DNA of 64,000 nucleotides from Caulobacterales bacterium (GCA_038236615.1 JBBRZO010000007.1:25780-89779), one strand, 5' to 3'; positions 41,150-51,355 are shown, numbered from the stretch's first letter. Notes: generated by a model from the letters alone, not told the origin. Translations and numbers: made by a program.

Positions 41150-41679
41150 TCGCGGGCCTGGTTTTGGCGGGCGGCCGATCCAGCCGCTTCGGCTCAGACA
41201 AGGCGGCGGCGTTGCTGGAGGGGCGGACGCTGCTGGACTGGGCCCTGGCGGCTTTGCGGCCGCACTGTGCGGCCGTCGAAGTCAGCGGCCGGGGCCTCCC
41301 CGACGCACCGGGCGATCCGGATGGGCCGCTGTCGGGGGTGAAGGCGGGTCTGATCTGGGCGAGGTCGATTGGCGCGACTCGGCTGGCGACCCTGCCCTGC
41401 GACATGCCCAGGGTTCCGGCCGACCTCATGCTCCGCCTGGCCGCTGTTGATGCGCCGGTCGTGTCGGTCCGTACGGCTGACGGGCCGCAGCCGCTGTGCG
41501 CGTTATGGTCGGTGGATTTGCTGGAGGCGATCACTGCCGAACTGGCGCTCGGCCATCCGTCGGTACAGGCGCTGCAAGCCAGGCTCGGCGGCGTTCAGGC
41601 GCTGTTCGAAGACGCCGCGGCGTTTCGAAACGTGAACCGACCGGAAGACCTTCCCCCGCTGGCGGGGGAAGTGGCCTGA
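41146..41679 (+). CDS. mobA: Molybdenum cofactor guanylyltransferase
   Basis: GLVLAGGRSSRFGSDKA, GPLSGV, PCDMP, FRNVNRPED. Confidence 0.9.
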
Positions 41680-41800
41680 GGCGCGCAGCGACGAAGGTCG
41701 TTGGGGGTTCTTGCAGGAGACTCCAGCGCGCCGGCCAGCGCCGCAAGGGCCCCCAACGAGCCTCCAGCTTCGCTGTCGGCCTACATCCCCCGCCGCATTT
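41649..41800. repeat. Family B element overlapping the 3' ends of two convergent genes
   Basis: CCTTCCCCCGCTGGCGGGGGAAGTGGCCTGAG...CCCCCAACGAGCCTCCAGCTTCGCTGTCGGCC; right arm degenerate. Confidence 0.85.
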
Positions 41801-43025
41801 CCACCCACGCCGCTTCCAGCCCGTCGCGGTGCTGTGGCGCCGCCACGCCGATCAGGGCCTGGGCCCTGCCCTCCAGGGTCAGGCCGCGCAGGTCGGCGGT
41901 CCCGAACTCGGTCACCACCACCGCAAGGTCGGCGCGCGGCACGGATACCGCGTTCATCTCCAGCTTCGGCACAATCCGGCTGAGCGAGCCCCCTTTGGCC
42001 GTCGCCGCCAGGGCCACGATCGGCACGCCGCCCGCCGACAACCTTGCCCCGCGCAGAAAGTCGGTCAGTCCGCCAATGCCGGAGATCTGCCGACCGCCCA
42101 TGAACTCGGCGTTGGCCTGGCCGAACAGGTCGACCTCCAGCGAGGAGTTGATCGCCACCAGCCGGGGAATCTGGGCCAGCACCCCGACGTCATGGGTAAA
42201 GCTGGACGGCGCGAACCGGATGCGCTCGTCCTCGCCGCAGCGCTGGTAGAGGGCGTCCGTCCCCATGGCCATGCCGGTCAGGACGTCATCGAACACGCCG
42301 CCGTCCAGGGCGGCCAGAAGGGGCTCGGTGACCATACCGGAATGGATCTTCAGACCCCGGCGTCCCTCCAGCCCGGCCAGGGCGGCAACCCCGACCTTGC
42401 CGATGCCGAACTGCAGCACCCCGCCGTCGGGGATCAGCTCGGCGATCCGCCCGGCGATCACCGCAAAGGCCGGGTCCAGCCCGCCGGCGTCGTAGGCCAG
42501 AAGCGGCGCGTCGGTCTCGGCGACCACATCAAAGGCCGCCAGCGGGATTGCCGGGCCCTGGGTCCTTGGCATGGCCGGATTGATCAGCGCGGCCTTGAAT
42601 ACCGCGCGATCCATCACCGCCGGCGCCATGTCGGCGGCGACGCCCAGCGAGCACAGGCCGTCCGCGTCCGGCGGCGAGACCTGCATCACCACCGCGTCGA
42701 GCGGCGTCTGGGCCAGCCAGTGATAGGTTTGGAACCAGGTCTGCGGCCGCAGAGTAAAGCGCCCGGCCTCGAAGCTGGGCCGCCAGTCGGCTGAAACAAA
42801 GGTCCCCTCCGATCGCGCGCCGCCGGCCGCCCAGTCCCGCCGGTTCACGCCGGGCACAAGAGCGCCAAGGAAGGTCAGTCCCGCGGCAAGGTCCGGCTCG
42901 CGCTCGAACACCTCGAGTAGCTGTAGCGGTTCGGCCGCACCGCCCTGGATAAACACCCGGCCGCCGCCGTTGCTCGCCTGTGCGGCGAGTTTTTTGGCCA
43001 AAACATCGACGCTCACGCGAATCAT
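41781..43025 (-). CDS. Acetyl-CoA hydrolase/CoA-transferase family protein
   Basis: LQFGIGKV, HSGM, AINSSLEVDLFGQANAE, SGIGGLTDF, VVTEFG, LIGVAAPQHR. Confidence 0.92.
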   Translation of the reverse strand: MIRVSVDVLAKKLAAQASNGGGRVFIQGGAAEPLQLLEVFEREPDLAAGLTFLGALVPGVNRRDWAAGGARSEGTFVSADWRPSFEAGRFTLRPQTWFQTYHWLAQTPLDAVVMQVSPPDADGLCSLGVAADMAPAVMDRAVFKAALINPAMPRTQGPAIPLAAFDVVAETDAPLLAYDAGGLDPAFAVIAGRIAELIPDGGVLQFGIGKVGVAALAGLEGRRGLKIHSGMVTEPLLAALDGGVFDDVLTGMAMGTDALYQRCGEDERIRFAPSSFTHDVGVLAQIPRLVAINSSLEVDLFGQANAEFMGGRQISGIGGLTDFLRGARLSAGGVPIVALAATAKGGSLSRIVPKLEMNAVSVPRADLAVVVTEFGTADLRGLTLEGRAQALIGVAAPQHRDGLEAAWVEMRRGM

Positions 43026-43120
43026 GTCAGATTCGGTTCAGACGACGCCTGCAACCTTCGCGCCGCCTGAGTGTTTCCAGCTTTGAAACCCGGCCCTCGA
43101 AGGACCAAGGACCGCCTGTT

Positions 43121-43240
43121 ATGCAAGTCGCCGATCATAGCCACGACATCCTGCGGCCCTTCATGTGGGTTGGCGCGGTCGCCTTCATTTCCGGGTTCCT
43201 GGGATACCTGGCGCTGTTCATGCCGAACGCGCCTCTCTAG
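43121..43240 (+). CDS. Small single-TM protein (39 aa)
   Basis: [39 protein letters not shown]; AAGGA upstream; stop overlaps dut stop. Confidence 0.6.
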   Translation: MQVADHSHDILRPFMWVGAVAFISGFLGYLALFMPNAPL

Positions 43241-43695
43241 CCTGCGCCGGTAGAGCCGAAGCCGCCGACGCCCCGAACCGTCGCATCCAGTTCAGTCACC
43301 TCTTCCCACGCCGCCCGCGCCACCGCGGCGACGATCAGCTGCGCGATGCGGTCGCCGCGCCGGATGGTGAAGTCGCTCTCGCCCAGATTGGCCAGCACCA
43401 CCTTCAGCTCGCCCCGATAGTCGGCGTCGATGGTCCCGGTCAGGCAGGTAATCCCATGCCGGATGGCCAAGCCCGAGCGCGAGCGAATCTGCCCCTCGAA
43501 CCCCAGCGGTAGGGCAAAGGCCAGGCCCGTCGGCACGGCTGTCCGCGCCATGGGGCTGAGCACGAGCGGCTCGTCATCCGGGATGGCGGCGCGCAGGTCC
43601 ATGCCGGCCGCCGCCTCTGTCTCGTAGGCGGGTAGCGGCAGGTCGGGGTTGTGAGCCAGGCGAGTGATCGGGACGTTCGGGCGGTCTTGGCTCAC
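43237..43695 (-). CDS. dut: dUTP diphosphatase
   Basis: [42 protein letters not shown]. Confidence 0.97.
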   Translation of the reverse strand: MSQDRPNVPITRLAHNPDLPLPAYETEAAAGMDLRAAIPDDEPLVLSPMARTAVPTGLAFALPLGFEGQIRSRSGLAIRHGITCLTGTIDADYRGELKVVLANLGESDFTIRRGDRIAQLIVAAVARAAWEEVTELDATVRGVGGFGSTGAG

Positions 43696-44894
43696 TTAGG
43701 GGTCCCCTGGAGGCTTTGGGCGATGCGCAGCGCCAGGCGCTGGGCGACTTCAGATTTGGGCGCGCGCTCCCAACGCTCGGTCCCGGCGTCGGTGATCAGC
43801 AGCACGGCGTTCTCGCCACCGCCCATCACGCCCGGCTCGGTGACGTCGTTGGCGACGATCCAGTCGCAGCCCTTGCGCTGGCGCTTGGCCACGGCGTGGG
43901 CTTCGACGTCATTGGTCTCGGCGGCGAAACCGACCACCAGCTTCGGCCGCGTGGGACCTGACGCGGACAGCTCCGCGAGAATGTCGGGGTTCTCGACCAG
44001 CCGGATGGCCGGCGGCCCCTCGCGGCCCTTCTTCAGCTTGAGGCCAAACACCTCGTCAGGCCGCCAGTCGGCCACCGCCGCCACGCAGACCGCCGCGTCG
44101 GCGGGCAGGGCCGCGCGGCAGGCGGCCAGCATGTCGCGCGCGCTCTCGACATCGACCCGCGTCACCCCGGCCGGAGCGGTCAGACCGGTCGGCCCCGAAA
44201 CCAGGGTTACTCGCGCGCCCAGCCGGGCCAGGGCCGTGGCGATCGCGTAGCCCTGCTGGCCGCTGGAGCGGTTGGAGATGAAGCGCACCGGGTCCAGCGC
44301 TTCAAGGGTCGGCCCGGCGTTGACCAGTAGATGCTTGCCGGCCAGGGGCGCGCCGCTCGCCAGCAGGCCCAGGATAGCCTCCAGGATGACCGCCGGCTCG
44401 GCCATGCGGCCCGGGCCGAACTCGCCGCAGGCCATGGCCCCGTCGTCGGGCCCAACGAAATGCACCCCATCCGCCTGCAGGGTCGCGACGTTGCGGCGGG
44501 TCGCGGCATGCTCCCACATCCGCACATTCATGGCCGGGGCCATCAGCACCGGCTTGTCGGTGGCCAGCAGGGTGGTCGAGGCCAGGTCGTTCGCCAGCCC
44601 GCTCGCCGCCTTGGCCATCAGGTCGGCGGTGGCCGGAACCACCACCACCAGGTCGGCGGATCGGGAAAGCTGGATATGGCCCATCTCGGCCTCGTCGGTC
44701 AGCGAGAACAGGTCCTGATAGACGCGGTCCTCTGACAGGGCCGACAGCGACAGCGGCGTGACGAACTCCGCCCCGGCCTTGGTCAGCAGCGGCCGCACGG
44801 CCACCCCGGCCTTGCGCAGCAGGCGGGTCAGCTCCAGCGCCTTGTAGGCCGCCACCCCGCCGCCGACGATCAACAGGACTCGCTTCTCGGCCAC
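43692..44894 (-). CDS. coaBC: Bifunctional PPC decarboxylase/synthetase
   Basis: [51 protein letters not shown]. Confidence 0.97.
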   Translation of the reverse strand: MAEKRVLLIVGGGVAAYKALELTRLLRKAGVAVRPLLTKAGAEFVTPLSLSALSEDRVYQDLFSLTDEAEMGHIQLSRSADLVVVVPATADLMAKAASGLANDLASTTLLATDKPVLMAPAMNVRMWEHAATRRNVATLQADGVHFVGPDDGAMACGEFGPGRMAEPAVILEAILGLLASGAPLAGKHLLVNAGPTLEALDPVRFISNRSSGQQGYAIATALARLGARVTLVSGPTGLTAPAGVTRVDVESARDMLAACRAALPADAAVCVAAVADWRPDEVFGLKLKKGREGPPAIRLVENPDILAELSASGPTRPKLVVGFAAETNDVEAHAVAKRQRKGCDWIVANDVTEPGVMGGGENAVLLITDAGTERWERAPKSEVAQRLALRIAQSLQGTPK

Positions 44895-45007
44895 GCGTCA
44901 GACCCCGTTCAAACCTCGTTTTCCTTTAGGGCGCCGATGGGGGCTGGACAAAGCGCCAAATCTGTTCTTTGTTTGTTCCGACACAACCTGGGGATGGAGG
45001 GAAAACG

Positions 45008-45550
45008 ATGTCCCGTGTGCGTATCCAGTGGCTTGTGGCGGCCAGCCTGTTGGCGTTGGCGGCCTGTGACGGTGGCCCTTCGGCGGTCGCCAAACGTGAC
45101 GGCGCCCCACAGTCGGGCGGCGAAAGCCAGCGCGCCGACAGCCGCTATGACGGCGGCGGTGGATCGTCCAAGGCCGAGGCGCCGGTGAAATTGGCTGAGG
45201 ACGGCCGACCGGTCTGGGCCGCCAGCAAGCGCGGCTCGGCCGAGGAGCAGGCCCAGAAGGCCTTCACCCGCAACGGCGAGGCGTTCGGGGCCGGCAGCCT
45301 GGACGCCTATGTCGCCAAGGCCCACGCCTTCACCGCCGATCCGCCCAAGGGCGCCCAGATCATCACCCGCCGCAACGGCGACAAGCTGATCTACGACCCG
45401 CGCGGCAACATCTTCGCCGTGGTCACCCGCGACGGCGCGCCCCGCACGATGTTCAAGCCCGACGACGGCGCGGCCTACTGGGAAAAGGTCAAGGCCAACG
45501 AGGCCAAGCCGCGCCGCACGTCGAGTAGCAAGGGCGACGACCAGACCTAG
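45008..45550 (+). CDS. Lipoprotein with toxin-RNase-like C-terminal domain
   Basis: Lipobox LAAC; C-terminal AFTRNGEAF..YVAKAHAF..NGDKLIYD..N.FAVV..DGAPRTMFKP..G..YW. Confidence 0.75.
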   Translation: MSRVRIQWLVAASLLALAACDGGPSAVAKRDGAPQSGGESQRADSRYDGGGGSSKAEAPVKLAEDGRPVWAASKRGSAEEQAQKAFTRNGEAFGAGSLDAYVAKAHAFTADPPKGAQIITRRNGDKLIYDPRGNIFAVVTRDGAPRTMFKPDDGAAYWEKVKANEAKPRRTSSSKGDDQT

Positions 45551-45591
45551 TCCGGTCCGTGTGTGGATTCGGTCAGCGCCGTTAGGTTTTC

Positions 45592-45730
45592 ACCACGAAC
45601 AACACGAACAACACGAACGGGTCGGCGCTGACCTGCGCCTTTCCGGCCGAAGGTCGCTCTTGATCCATAGACCCTCCGGGTCACTCGCGGGGTTGCTCGG
45701 ACCGTTCGTGTTGTTCGTGTTGTTCGTGGT
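45592..45730. repeat. 139-nt family D element (outer shell only)
   Basis: ACCACGAACAACACGAACAACACGAACGG...CCGTTCGTGTTGTTCGTGTTGTTCGTGGT. Confidence 0.88.
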
Positions 45731-45771
45731 CAATCCTTGGGGACGATCCGGATGCACCGCGCTGGAAGGTC

Positions 45772-47280
45772 TTAGAACGGCCAGAACCGCGCCAGCAGGA
45801 AGGCGACGCCCGCCACGGCGGCGCCGACGGCGAACCAGGCCATCCGCGAGGGTGGCCGGGGGGTGGCGACCACCACCGGCGGGGCGCCGCGTTCCTCGGC
45901 CAGTCGGGCCAGGGCCCGGATGGCGCGCAGGCCCTCCTCGGCGAAGTCGCGGGCCTTGGCGGCCGGGCCGAGTTCGCGGGCGATCCAGCGGCGCACGATC
46001 GGGTCGGCGGCCTCCCAGAGGTCGTGGCTGGAATCGATGCGGCGGGCGACGCCCTCGACGGTGACCATGGTCTTCTGCAGCAGCACCAGCTCGGGCCGCA
46101 GGTGCATGTCGAACAGGGCGGTGATGTCGAACAGCTGGGCCAGCAGCCGGCCCATCGATACCGTCGACGCCGCCCGGCCGAACACCGGCTCGCCGACCGC
46201 TCGCAGTGACTGGGCGAAGGCGTCGACATCATGGTGGGCGGGGACGTAGCCGGCCTCGAAATGCACCTGGGCGACGCGGGCGTAGTCCTTGCGCAGGAAG
46301 CCGTAGAGGATCTCGGCGAGATACCGCCGCTCGGCCTTGCCCAGCCGCCCGACGATGCCGAAGTCGACCGCCACCAGTTTGGCCGGCGCGTCGATGAACA
46401 GGTTGCCCTCGTGCAGGTCGGCATGGAAGACGCCGTGGTCCAGGGCCTGGGACAGGAAGGCGCGGATGACGTTGTCGGCCAGCTCACGATGGTTCAGGCC
46501 CGGCAGGGTCAGCGAAGCGGGCGAGGACAGCGGCACGCCCTCGGCCCATTCCAGCACCAGGACCCGCTTGGCGACCCCGTCCCAGACCACCCTGGGGCAG
46601 GACATGAAGCCGTCGCGGGCCATGACCTCATGCATTTCCGACGCGCCCGCCGCCTCGAAACGCAGGTCCAGCTCCAGCTCCAGAGAGCGGATCACCGTGT
46701 CGGCGAACAGTTTCGGCTCCAGCCGCCGCAGGGAGGGCGCCAGGCCCAGCAGCAGTCCGGCGGCCAGCCGCAGGGTGGCGCTGTCCTTGGCCACCCGCTG
46801 CTCGATGCCCGGCCGCAGCACCTTGACCGCCACGATGCGGCCGTCGGCCAGCACCGCCCGGTGGGCCTGGGCCAGCGAGGCGGCGGCGATCGGGTCGCCA
46901 AAGTCGTTCAGGAAGCCGTCCAGCGGCCGGCCCAGCGCCTGCTCGACCTCGGCCCGCGCCACGATGGTGGGGAAGGGCGGCAGACGGTCGCGCAGCCGGC
47001 CCAGGTCGTCGCCGAACTGAATGCCGAAGATGTCCGAGCGGGTGGCCAGGAACTGGCCCAGCTTGATGGCGACCGGCCCCATATGCTCCAGGCAGCGGCC
47101 CAGCCGCTCGCCCGGACGACCCTGACGCGCCGCCTTGCCGGCGAACAGCCGCAGGAAACCGGCCACGGCCCGCACCGAGGCCGGCAGCACCGGATCGATC
47201 TCACGGGGGATCAGGGCGTCGGCCCGGACCAGGGTCCAGCCTGCCGCAACCAGGCGGCCGAAAGCCGGCAGGCTCGCCAT
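45772..47280 (-). CDS. ubiB: Ubiquinone biosynthesis kinase-like UbiB
   Basis: GPVAIKLGQFLATR, AAASLAQAH, VAVKVLRP, FHADLHEGN, VDFGIVG. Confidence 0.96.
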   Translation of the reverse strand: MASLPAFGRLVAAGWTLVRADALIPREIDPVLPASVRAVAGFLRLFAGKAARQGRPGERLGRCLEHMGPVAIKLGQFLATRSDIFGIQFGDDLGRLRDRLPPFPTIVARAEVEQALGRPLDGFLNDFGDPIAAASLAQAHRAVLADGRIVAVKVLRPGIEQRVAKDSATLRLAAGLLLGLAPSLRRLEPKLFADTVIRSLELELDLRFEAAGASEMHEVMARDGFMSCPRVVWDGVAKRVLVLEWAEGVPLSSPASLTLPGLNHRELADNVIRAFLSQALDHGVFHADLHEGNLFIDAPAKLVAVDFGIVGRLGKAERRYLAEILYGFLRKDYARVAQVHFEAGYVPAHHDVDAFAQSLRAVGEPVFGRAASTVSMGRLLAQLFDITALFDMHLRPELVLLQKTMVTVEGVARRIDSSHDLWEAADPIVRRWIARELGPAAKARDFAEEGLRAIRALARLAEERGAPPVVVATPRPPSRMAWFAVGAAVAGVAFLLARFWPF

Positions 47281-47282
47281 AT

Positions 47283-48044
47283 CTAGATGGCCCAACCCTG
47301 ATGGAGCGCGGCGACCCCGCCGGTGAAATTCGTGAAGGTCACCCGGCTGAAGCCGGCGTCGCGCATCATCTGGGCGAAGGTCTGCTGGTCGGGGAAGCGG
47401 CGGATGCTCTCGACCAGATACTGGTAGGACTCCCGGTCCTTGACCACCAGCTCGCCGATGGCCGGGATCGCCTTGAACGACCAAAGGTCATAGGCCGCCC
47501 GCACCGCCTCGCTGGTCGGGCGCGAGAACTCCAGGCAGACGAAGCGGCCACCGGGCTTCAGCACCCGCCGGGCCTCGCGCAGGGCCGCCGGGATGTCGGT
47601 GACGTTGCGGATGCCGAAAGCAATGCAATAGCCGTCGGCGCAGGCGTCCGGCAGCGGCAACCGCTGGGCGTCGCCCACCGCCCAGGTGATCTCCGGCTCG
47701 GAGCCCCGCTCGCGGCCGGCGGCGATCATCTCGGCATTGTAGTCGATGACATGGACGGTGGCGTCCGCATCCAGCCCGCGGCGCAGCTGCGCCTGGCGGG
47801 CCATCCTGGCGAACCTGCGGGCCATGTCGCCGGTCCCACCGGCGCAGTCGACGATGACCTCGCCAGGCTGGGGATTGAGGCGGGCGGCGACCGCATCCTT
47901 CCAGAGCCGGTGCACCCCGGCGCTCATCAGGTCGTTCATCAGGTCGTAGCGACCGGCGACCCTGTCGAAAACGCCACGCACCAGCGAGGGCTTCTCGCGG
48001 GCGTCGACATCGCGGAAACCGAAGGAGGCTTGGGGCTCGGACAT
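47283..48044 (-). CDS. ubiE: Ubiquinone/menaquinone C-methyltransferase
   Basis: [45 protein letters not shown]. Confidence 0.97.
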   Translation of the reverse strand: MSEPQASFGFRDVDAREKPSLVRGVFDRVAGRYDLMNDLMSAGVHRLWKDAVAARLNPQPGEVIVDCAGGTGDMARRFARMARQAQLRRGLDADATVHVIDYNAEMIAAGRERGSEPEITWAVGDAQRLPLPDACADGYCIAFGIRNVTDIPAALREARRVLKPGGRFVCLEFSRPTSEAVRAAYDLWSFKAIPAIGELVVKDRESYQYLVESIRRFPDQQTFAQMMRDAGFSRVTFTNFTGGVAALHQGWAI

Positions 48045-48075
48045 GACGAGAGCGTCTTAGCCTTGAGCGCGACCT

Positions 48076-48112
48076 GACGCCAGAGAAGGAAGAGTTCGAA
48101 CGACACGAACGG
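48076..48112. repeat. Degenerate left end of a family D element
   Basis: GACGCCAGAGAAGGAAGAGTTCGAACGACACGAACGG resembles 49144-49196 in direct orientation. Confidence 0.55.
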
Positions 48113-48211
48113 ACGGCGTCGAACGCGGAGGGGCGACCGGGCGGAAAGCGGATGATGTGGACTACTGCGAAGGGAGGAAAGCCGACTCGCCGCGAGACCA
48201 GGAAGCGGCGG

Positions 48212-48508
48212 TCACCGCAGCGCCATGGAGTCGGGACCCTTAACTTCTGTCCATCGCTTTACGCCGAGTAGTGAGGACATGATCTGTAAAAGTGTCTCTT
48301 TGTTGATATATTCATCGTCGCGCAGGATGATGTTCATGCCGGAGACGCCACTTTCCCAGCGCAAGTTCGTTCTCACACCGGGTAACGGTATTCCACTGCT
48401 CTTGCGGGCCGTCACTACCTGCCAGGATTCACCTTCCAACCGAAAGCAGCCCTCGGCAAAATCCATGTCATCCGACATGACTAGATCCCAAGTTACCTCA
48501 GCGTTCAT
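48212..48508 (-). CDS. Small AT-richer hypothetical protein (98 aa)
   Basis: Open frame MNAEVTWDL...; non-host codon usage; inserted between ubiE and mutM. Confidence 0.65.
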   Translation of the reverse strand: MNAEVTWDLVMSDDMDFAEGCFRLEGESWQVVTARKSSGIPLPGVRTNLRWESGVSGMNIILRDDEYINKETLLQIMSSLLGVKRWTEVKGPDSMALR

Positions 48509-48675
48509 TGATATTGCGCCCGATCGAACGCAGTTGATGGTGAAGCGTAGACGTTTGCGGGGAAGGTCCGCAATGGGTCGGAAGCCGCCATCGGCCGCAC
48601 GCCGGAAGCCGGACCACGGCGTCCTTGCCGCAAGACAGCCAATCTACCTTCGCCAAATGGGGAGGCCCTGACGTC

Positions 48676-49128
48676 TTATGGCGGAGAGAGGCCCCCGGAG
48701 ATCAGTTCGGCCAAGTCCTCCGGCCAGATCTGCTCACGCGTCAGGCGGATTTCATCAAGGGACCACCAGCGGTGTTCCGCCATGACCTCCCGCTCCAGCT
48801 CTGTCCAGCCGTCCCTGTTGAGCGTGATCCGGTCTACGTCGATCCGAAAGAACCGTTCGTCCGCCTGGATCATTTCGCCATCCGGCGACCGAAATATTGC
48901 CTCACGGCGCGCGACCTGAGGACCCGGGTGCGGGATTGCCAGTCCGACCTCCTCGGACAGCTCTCTTACGGCGGCCTCCTCGAAGGATTCCCCTTCGTCC
49001 AGGCCTCCGCCCGGCGTGGCCCAAAACTGCGTTCCGGCCAGCGCGCCCTGCTCGAACACGAACTTGAACAGGAGAACGCTCCCGTCAGGGTCAATGACAA
49101 GAACACGAGCAGCCAGTCGAATGCGCAT
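48676..49128 (-). CDS. NUDIX hydrolase
   Basis: Nudix box PGGGLDEGESFEEAAVRELSEEVG. Confidence 0.92.
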   Translation of the reverse strand: MRIRLAARVLVIDPDGSVLLFKFVFEQGALAGTQFWATPGGGLDEGESFEEAAVRELSEEVGLAIPHPGPQVARREAIFRSPDGEMIQADERFFRIDVDRITLNRDGWTELEREVMAEHRWWSLDEIRLTREQIWPEDLAELISGGLSPP

Positions 49129-49165
49129 CCCATACCCTAGCGCGACGCCAGAGAGGGAAGAAGGA

Positions 49166-49475
49166 GTCCACGAACCACACGAACCACACGAACGGGAGCG
49201 AGGCTGGCTGACGCCGTGGCGCGTCCAGGTGGGTTTAAGCCGCTGCGCGGGAAGGAAGAGAAGTTAGAGAAGAAGGGGAAGCGGTCGGGACATCCCCGAA
49301 GCGCCGCAGGCAATCAATCGAATTGAAAGACGGCCTGCGGCGCATCCAGCCATCCACCGTCGCTTGCTCTTCTTCCCTTAAACTTCTCTGTCTTCCCGCG
49401 AAGCGGCACACTTCCCAGCCGAACCCACCGCAAAGCGCCGGCCATCACACCCACCCGTTCGTGTGGTTCGTGGAC
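49166..49475. repeat. 310-nt nested palindromic element (family D, long form)
   Basis: Same outer and inner arms as 28903-29200. Confidence 0.9.
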
Positions 49476-49549
49476 AAAAAACCTCACCACCTGCAATTCA
49501 CCCCCACCCCGGATGGCGCAAAGCCACGAGCGCCCCATATGCTCCCTTC

Positions 49550-50413
49550 ATGCCCGAGCTTCCCGAAGTCGAAACCGTCCGCGCCGGCCTGGCGCCCGCC
49601 CTGGAAGGCGCCCGCCTCTCCCGGGTGGAGGCGCGCCGCCCTGACCTGCGCTTTCCGTTGCCTGAGGGGTTCGTCCAGCGGCTGACCGGGGCCCGGATCG
49701 AGGGTCTGACCCGGCGGGCCAAGTACCTGCTGGCCCCGCTGGACCGGGGCGACACCCTGGTCATGCATCTGGGGATGACCGGGCGGTTTGAGATCGAGGG
49801 CGCGCGGCTGAAGGAACAGCCCGGCGAATTCTACTATTCCACCCCGCCCGACCCCAAGCACGCCCATGTCGTGTTCGAGACGGAAGCCGGCAGCCGCATC
49901 ACCTATTACGATCCCCGCCGCTTCGGCTTCATGGACCTGATCCCGACAGACCAGCTGGCCCAGCACCCCTGGTTCGCCGCCATGGGGCCCGAGCCGCTCG
50001 GCCCCGACTTCGACGCCGAGGTGCTCATCAAGGCCTTCGCCGGGCGCAAACAGGGGCCCAAGACCCTGCTGCTGGACCAGCATGTCGTGGCGGGCCTCGG
50101 CAACATCTATGTCTGCGAGGCCCTGTTCCGGGCCAAGATCGCGCCCGACAAGCCGGCCGGCGAGATACCCAAACGCAAGCTGACCAGGCTGACCGCCGTC
50201 ATCAAGGACGTGCTGACCGAGGCCATCGCGGCCGGGGGTTCCTCGCTGAAGGACTATGCCGCCGCCGACGGGGCGCTGGGCTATTTCCAGCATCGTTTCC
50301 AGGTCTATGACCACGAGGGCGACCCCTGCCCCGATCCCAAATGCCGTGGCGTCGTCGCCCGCCAGGTGCAGGCCGGCCGCTCGACCTTCCACTGCCCCAT
50401 CTGCCAGACGTAA
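49550..50413 (+). CDS. mutM: Formamidopyrimidine-DNA glycosylase
   Basis: MPELPEVE, RRAKYL, HLGMTG, DPRRFG, GLGNIY, C-terminal Zn finger GRSTFHCPICQ. Confidence 0.98.
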   Translation: MPELPEVETVRAGLAPALEGARLSRVEARRPDLRFPLPEGFVQRLTGARIEGLTRRAKYLLAPLDRGDTLVMHLGMTGRFEIEGARLKEQPGEFYYSTPPDPKHAHVVFETEAGSRITYYDPRRFGFMDLIPTDQLAQHPWFAAMGPEPLGPDFDAEVLIKAFAGRKQGPKTLLLDQHVVAGLGNIYVCEALFRAKIAPDKPAGEIPKRKLTRLTAVIKDVLTEAIAAGGSSLKDYAAADGALGYFQHRFQVYDHEGDPCPDPKCRGVVARQVQAGRSTFHCPICQT

Positions 50414-50423
50414 CGGAGCGCCC

Positions 50424-51311
50424 ATGACCTTCAACTTCACGCGGGTGTGGAAGCGCCTCGCCGCCGCCGGGACGATCTGGCTGGCCGGCTTTGGCCTGGC
50501 CGCCGCCCAACCGCCGGTCTGGATCGTCAAGGACGCCGACTCCACCATCGTCCTGTTCGGCTCGGTGCATGTGCTGCCGCCGGGCCTGGACTGGCAGCCG
50601 TCGGCCCTGAAGGCGGCGCTGGCGAAGGCTGATGACCTGTGGTTCGAGCTGCCCGTCGATCCGGTCAGCCAGGCGGCGGGCGTCCAGGTGATCCGTGAGA
50701 AAGGCCTGCTGCCCGCCGGCGAGAGCCTGCTCGGCAAGCTCACCCCGGCCGGCCGCGACCGGCTGGCCCGGCTGGCCCCGAAACTGGGCCTGTCGCTGGA
50801 GCAGGTGGACCATCTGCGGCCGTGGCTGGCCGACGTCACCGTGGGCCTCTCGGACATGGCCCAGCGCGGGGCCGGGGCCTCCGACGGCGTGGAGCAGTCG
50901 ATCTCGGCCGCCGCCCCGACCACCGCCAAACGTGAAGCCTTTGAGACCGCCGAGCAGCAGATCAGCTTCCTGGCCGATGCGCCCGAGGCCGACCAGCTGG
51001 CCTCGCTGGAGGACACCCTGCGCCAGATCGAGGAGGAGCCCGACGCCTATGACCGTCTTCTGGCCGCCTGGCTGAACGGCGACCTCAAGGCCCTGCAGAC
51101 CGAAGGGCTGGAGCCGATGATGAAGGCTTCCCCTGACCTCTACGACCGCATGATCACCCAGCGCAACGCCCGCTGGGTCGAGGCGATCAGCCAACGGATG
51201 AAGGGCTCCGGCGAAACGGTGATCGTGGTCGGCGCCGGCCACCTGGTCGGCCCCGGCGGCGTCCCAGCCCTGCTCCGGGCCCGCGGCTTCACGGTCGAGG
51301 GGCCGCAGTAG
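50424..51311 (+). CDS. TraB/GumN (Tiki-like) family protein
   Basis: PPVWIVKDADSTIVLFGSVH, ETAEQQ, RNARW, VVGAGHLVG. Confidence 0.92.
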   Translation: MTFNFTRVWKRLAAAGTIWLAGFGLAAAQPPVWIVKDADSTIVLFGSVHVLPPGLDWQPSALKAALAKADDLWFELPVDPVSQAAGVQVIREKGLLPAGESLLGKLTPAGRDRLARLAPKLGLSLEQVDHLRPWLADVTVGLSDMAQRGAGASDGVEQSISAAAPTTAKREAFETAEQQISFLADAPEADQLASLEDTLRQIEEEPDAYDRLLAAWLNGDLKALQTEGLEPMMKASPDLYDRMITQRNARWVEAISQRMKGSGETVIVVGAGHLVGPGGVPALLRARGFTVEGPQ

Positions 51312-51355
51312 GGGCGGACCGGTCTTAAGTCAGATCACCCTTCATCCCCTCCCAC

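Noticed and set aside
45592-45730. Short-period ACACGAAC repeats as a possible CRISPR or iteron array
   Set aside because: Only 2-3 tandem units per arm, arranged as inverted arms with no unique spacers and no cas or rep genes
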